64,000 nucleotides of DNA from the human T2T-CHM13v2.0 reference genome, Homo sapiens: the NCBI RefSeq assembly GCF_009914755.1, contig NC_060934.1, one strand, 5' to 3'. The notes under the pieces were generated by a model. The model had not been told where the DNA came from. It made no database searches and saw nothing but the letters and a program-made list of their open reading frames with translations. Below are positions 56,371-64,000 of this stretch, in pieces. A program made the translations under genes and the position numbers. Position 1 is the first letter of the stretch, and each line of letters starts with the position of its first letter.

Positions 56371-58642
56371 ATTACATTTTCTTAAAAGAGGCATTAACCA
56401 GGCACACAAATTTTGAGGAGTAAACTGGCATGTGAGAGCCAGATGCTAAAACCATGAGTTCAGTCCAACCCCAAGACCACCCAAAATCTGCTTTCTGTCT
56501 CTGAAGCTAAGATTTCCCTTCACGACAGTTGTCACAAGCCGGGCACAGCCTGAGTGGGGACATGAATCTGCTCTGCATCCATTTGGAAGGAAAAGATGAT
56601 TCTGTCTGTTTTTACTTTTTCTTCTGCACATCCACTCTCCAAGAAAGTCTTTCATGCATGGAGGGCATAAAACCCTCCATGAGTTCAAAAAGTAGTCCAA
56701 GTTTCTCAGTCTCTTATTATAGCTGCTGCTGTTGTTTTTCCTTGTTTCTCTTGCTAGGAATACATTACTAGAATAGTAAATGGCAGGGTTAAAGAGGATC
56801 TCTCATGTGATGAAATATGCTATATAGGAAAAATTCTCTTAAGTTGAAGTCATTTAGAAAACAGCTGCAATTGCTGCTTTGCTGAAATACATCTGCACCT
56901 GAGATTCTTGTGATGAGATTCATCTTGGGATGTCCACGGAAGAAATGTAACAGGGCAGGCCCCTTTCTGTACTTGAGATCTGCTCAGAGCCCTAAGCCAG
57001 ATTTTCTTTATTGTTTAGTAAGCTCTTTTAATGAAATGTACTACTCTTATTATAGAGGACTCAAGATAAGATCTAAATCACAAACCAATAAAAGAAAATT
57101 ATTGGGGTAGATATCTAAAGTTACTACCTAGAGGCTACTCCAGTGTGGTATTTATAAATCTCTAAACAGTTAAGTATAATTGTCTTTCTGGTTTTTGGGA
57201 CGGAAGCCAACAGCAGTTTCAGTTACAATGGAAGAAAAATATTTTAGCGCTGAGCTTTGTTCGTTTAGTGGGTATAAAGAGAAATGGCTTCTCCCCTATC
57301 ACCATTTCAGAATTGAGAGAGAATATTGTGGTAATGAAATGTTATATGGGAGCAGCTGAAAAAATGCTTCTCTGACTTCAAGGAGGGGAAATGTGTGTGA
57401 GGATACATGTATAGGTGCGTCTGCAAGAAACAGTGAGCAGCCTGGGGGTCAGGAAAGCCAGGCTTGTAGAAGTGGGAGAAGGCAGAGCCCTGGGAAAAAG
57501 GCAGGTGTGGAAGGGTGGTGTGGAAGTTGAAGATGGGGTGGTCTGTCCAATTAATGGAAAAGCCAGATCTGCAGCTGCTCACCCCAATGCCGTCCGCTCC
57601 CCATCTTTGAACACAAAGACAGTGCCGTTCAGGAAGGACATGAATGCTTCCACTAAAAGACTCATGACCCCAATCCTGACAAACACCATAGCTCTCCCTC
57701 TGGAGTTACAATGCAAATCATATAAAACACAGATCCCTATGTAATAAAAATCAAGAACATGCTGGATATCCTTAGTTATAAAGGACCACAGAACTCATCT
57801 CTCTACCAATCTCCCTCCCATCACAAAGAGCGTGTCAGTAACTCTCCTTTAGCAAAGAGACAGTCAGGGATAGGAGGCTCGCTGCATTTGCAGGCTGTCC
57901 ATGCTGTTCTGGAAATATCTTCCTTATGTTGGGCTAAAATCCTGTTCTCCTTAATTATTAACCATTGGCCCTGGTTTTTGTCCAATGGAGCAGAAGATTA
58001 AATGGCCCTTTAAGCCTGCTGGCTTTGTTCTCTTAACCACTTGGCAAGTGACATGTTGTCCAGGCACTGCCCCATTCTGGCCGTCCTCTTTACAACATTT
58101 TTCTGTTTGTTTGTCAAATTTCTGCTTCAAATCTTCACAGCTCTTGACACATTCCCTCCTATCCCAACAAAGATGAAACAGTCACTGCTCAAAAGAAATG
58201 ATGCTTTTATCACCAAGGTTTATCTAGCCTGTCTTTACTGATCATTTGAAAATTAACATGCAGAGGTCCTCAATGCATTCTGTCCTGTGGATTTGATCCC
58301 AGAGTTCCACTTTAGGAAGGCCCTTTTCGTTCTGCTTTTTGTCATCCAGTAATTTAGAGATCCTAATCCACACTGTCTCACACAAAGATAAAAGAGAAAT
58401 CACATTTTCTTCTTTGGAACAGTAAAAGACATCTCAGACTTTAGGATAGGGAAGGTGTACCCTATGCCCCCAATTAATGCTATCTCTCCAAGGACTGCTG
58501 CCATACTTCCAAAGAAAAATGTCATTCCCTACTTGAGGCTCTTAACCTTTGTTGAAATGTGGAGAAAGGAGGGTGTCCGCTTATATGTGGATGTTCATTT
58601 AGTGTAACTATAGCTTCAGGTCAAAGAGGGCGGGAGGAAAGC

Positions 58643-58660
58643 TGTGTGTGTGTGTGCGTA

Positions 58661-58691
<31 letters not shown>

Positions 58692-58699
58692 CTGTGTGT
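58643..58699. repeat. Imperfect (TG)n microsatellite
   Basis: Direct reading. Confidence 0.93.
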
Positions 58700-59019
58700 C
58701 TATAAAGCATAAAATATGGAAAAAAGGCAGTGGACATATGTCTTGGGTTTGAGATCTTGGCTCCTCCCTCCCCTGGGACATTCGGGACAGGCTCAGCTTT
58801 TGGTTCTCCGGCTTCTACCAAAGTTTTCCTCTACCCTCTCTTTCTGAGATGGTCCTTATACTTCTGTCCTGCAATTCTCTTGCCTCTCTCCCTCTCTCTG
58901 AGGCTCTCCTTTGCTCCTAGAGCATGAGCAATGGGCCAGATTGCTAGAAGCAAACTTTTCCTGGATTAAGGACTTCATTTCCACCCTTCAGCTTTTCATG
59001 CCCATCTGGATTTTCCACT

Positions 59020-60169
<1,150 letters not shown>

Positions 60170-61406
60170 GATGCCACCTCTTCTTGAAAGCCTTCTCAAT
60201 TCCTCAAAATACCTAAACCAAGGATCCCTTTGTGTTCCTCTATTTCTAGCCTCGTCCTTGTTTCCTTGGACTGTCATTGTTTATGGGGATACCTCCTCCA
60301 CTCACCTGAATCCTGCAAGCATAGTGAGTGGCTGAATCCAAGCAACCTTTGGTCACCTTTGTGTTCTGGGCCTTTAGAGTGCCTGATGCATGGAGAACAG
60401 CCATTTATTCCTTTTTCTTTTCCTTAGGAGTTACCTTTCATGGAAGGGTAAGCAGGAAGCAACTACAAGATCATCATTTCAAAACAATATGAAAGCAGAA
60501 TGGGAAATGCCATGGCATGCTCCCTCTTTTCAGGTATGAACTGAAGCAGCTCAGAGAGCGGACCCTGCCTCCCTCTGCTCACCCTTTCTTCCAAGATCAG
60601 ACTCAGTTCTCATCTTTTTGAACCACAGGGAAACAGTCTGGCAAGAGCCACTGTTGTACCAGCTGATTTAAATTGAAATGTTTTCCCCAGATAAATGCGT
60701 GCTAAATAATACACCAGCTCTCCAGCCAAAGGGAAGTGACAGGCACTCTGTAAATAAAGGCACTTAGTTGCTGGTAAAGAGCTGTAAAGTGGTTCTGAGC
60801 TGATGTTTGCTGACCAGCAAGAAGCAGCTTCATCTGCTTTATATAATTGTCACTGCAGTTTTGCCTGCTGTATATTAAAACTGCATCTCATAGACCCAAC
60901 TGTCACATCGGATATACCATCTGGCTTGGGATATGCCACCTTTTCTGTAATTGTTTTTGACAACAAGCCATCACATCTTGGGTCTTTTCAGAAAGTGTCT
61001 GGTCCAGAATCCCTAGGCTGGGTCAGTTCTGACACCATGTGGGCTAGAAAAGTGACATCAAAAGGGAGTGTGAAAAGAGAACAGAAGAGAAAAGAGAGGC
61101 TTTGTTAGTCTAGGAGCCCTAATAACATGCAGTGGCAGCTGTCCAATGAAGGCTCTACTTTCTCAATGTGAATGCACATTTTTCATGCTAAATTATATCA
61201 TCTTAGGACAGCTTTCCATAGGGTTGCATGCATATTCTGGCCCAAGAGCATGACATTTGTCCTGAGTCCACATTTCTACCCAGTGAGGTTCTAGAGACAT
61301 GGAGACAGTTCTTCAGACAATGCAGAGCATGAGGTTCCATAAAGGACCATAGAATACATAAGAGGGAAAGCAAGGTGTCAGTGGCCAGAAATCTGTGTAG
61401 TTATCA

Positions 61407-61989
<583 letters not shown>

Positions 61990-62510
61990 AGAGTAACATG
62001 AAATCCTTTTTGTTCCCCATAATCCCTATTCCCTTGGAGCTTGATCATGCCAAATGCCCAGATGAAGGATGACAAAAGTATCTCAGGCCAGTGGGCACTC
62101 CAGTTAGTCAAAAGGGTCTCAGATATAGAAAAGCAGGGAAACTCAGCTCACAGAGTCAGCTCACAGGCTGGGAGGAGCCCAAGGAGTGGAGTGCTGGGTC
62201 TGCAGCCAGAGGTGAGCTCTGGGGAAGGAGCGATTTCTCTGTGTTGATGGCTCCCACTGGACCACTGCCTTTACAAGGTTAGAGTATCACCAGAGAACAG
62301 TATTCAAAAACAAGAGAGGAGCAGACAGACAGACAAGAAAACAATGGGACATAAAGTCTTGGTGGGCCTAGAGCTTTGACACTCTCTCTTAGGGAGCAGA
62401 ACAGACTGCTGGCTAGTGAGAGACAGATGCTCCTCTCCACTGCTGACCAGGGGTCTACGAGAATCACTGCTGAGCATAGAAACACATCCTTTGCCTTCTT
62501 CTGTCATTTG

Positions 62511-63187
<677 letters not shown>

Positions 63188-63659
63188 GTGTGCATGTGTG
63201 TATACAAAAGAAAGAGTGCCCTTTTTTTCTTTGGAGGAAAAATAAGCTCCCTTTCTCTTTCCTCCATATCTCCTGTCAAAACCTATTTTTCTTGCTTATC
63301 CTGTGCTATAAAAGAATAAAGAAGGCTTTTGGGCACCGGGGAGTGGAAGAATTGTTACCAGTTTGGCCTTTATATAGGATCTAAGAGGCTGGGATGAGGT
63401 TTAAGAGAACTGGAAGGAACAACTATATCAGATGTGTATGTAACTAAATTATACACTGACATTCTAATCTGTGGCCCTGGAAAATCATGATCGAGTTTGG
63501 AGGAAACAGGCATGTTGGGGAAAGGGAGTGTTTTCCTGCCTCCTCCTGCTGGCTTCTGTCTGTACTTAAAGGGAGAATCATTGCTTTCACTGTTTTCCTT
63601 TCCCCTTGATGGTTCACTCCTCCCCAGGAGAGGAGGAGCATCTACCAAGGGTTGGTCAC

Positions 63660-63850
63660 ATCCTGTTCATGTGAAGGTTTACTGTGCTTTAAAAGGGCAC
63701 ATTTGAGTTGCCTGGGGATCTTGTTGGAATGCAGATTCTGACCCAGCAGGTCTGGGATGGCCCATGAGGTTCTGTAACTCTAACAGCCTCCCCCAACAGA
63801 CACCCATACTGGGGCAGGGCAGAGAGGACACATATTGAAAGTCAAGGGCT
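63660..63850. mobile_element. MER5A-like DNA transposon
   Basis: cctggggatcttgttggaatgcagattctgacccagcaggtctgggatggccc...tctaacagcctcccc. Confidence 0.65.
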
Positions 63851-64000
63851 TAAAGGCAGGAACCAAATGCCAGCTTGCCTCTTTCAACTCCTAGAAGGTC
63901 AGCTTACTGTCTTCTCACATCCTTTCTCGCCTGTGCTACCCGGGCAGGCCGCACAGGATGCGGGCTCTACCTCTTCAGGATGCAGCTGGGAGTAAGCTCA

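Overview
Primate (very probably human) genomic DNA containing the 3' part of KCNMA1 (Slo1, the BK/MaxiK Ca2+- and voltage-activated K+ channel alpha subunit) on the minus strand. Five constitutive coding exons were resolved to exact GT-AG boundaries with matching phases: 35781-35668, 30829-30699 (calcium bowl), 12444-12250, 10294-10176 and the terminal 8236-7987 ending QEERL*. The 81-nt alternative 'Slo27' exon lies at 34869-34789, and a ~2.4-kb 3'UTR carries at least two poly(A) signals. The rest is intron, rich in repeats: Alus, L1s, L2/MIR, MER5/MER58, MLT1, microsatellites, and two solo ERV LTRs (LTR2 and MER11) nested in one old L1. No new gene or prokaryote-type system is supported; the other ORFs in the track are repeat-derived or chance. 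Best leads: (i) Slo27 looks like a frame-symmetric tandem duplicate of the preceding exon and could replace it; (ii) a strong unexplained 3' splice site ~0.5 kb downstream of Slo27 would make a poison exon; (iii) alternative polyadenylation could gate miR-9 and miR-17 sites; (iv) the convergent LTR2/MER11 pair supplies a sense poly(A) signal and an antisense promoter. Repeat subfamily names come from recalled consensus sequences, not from a search.
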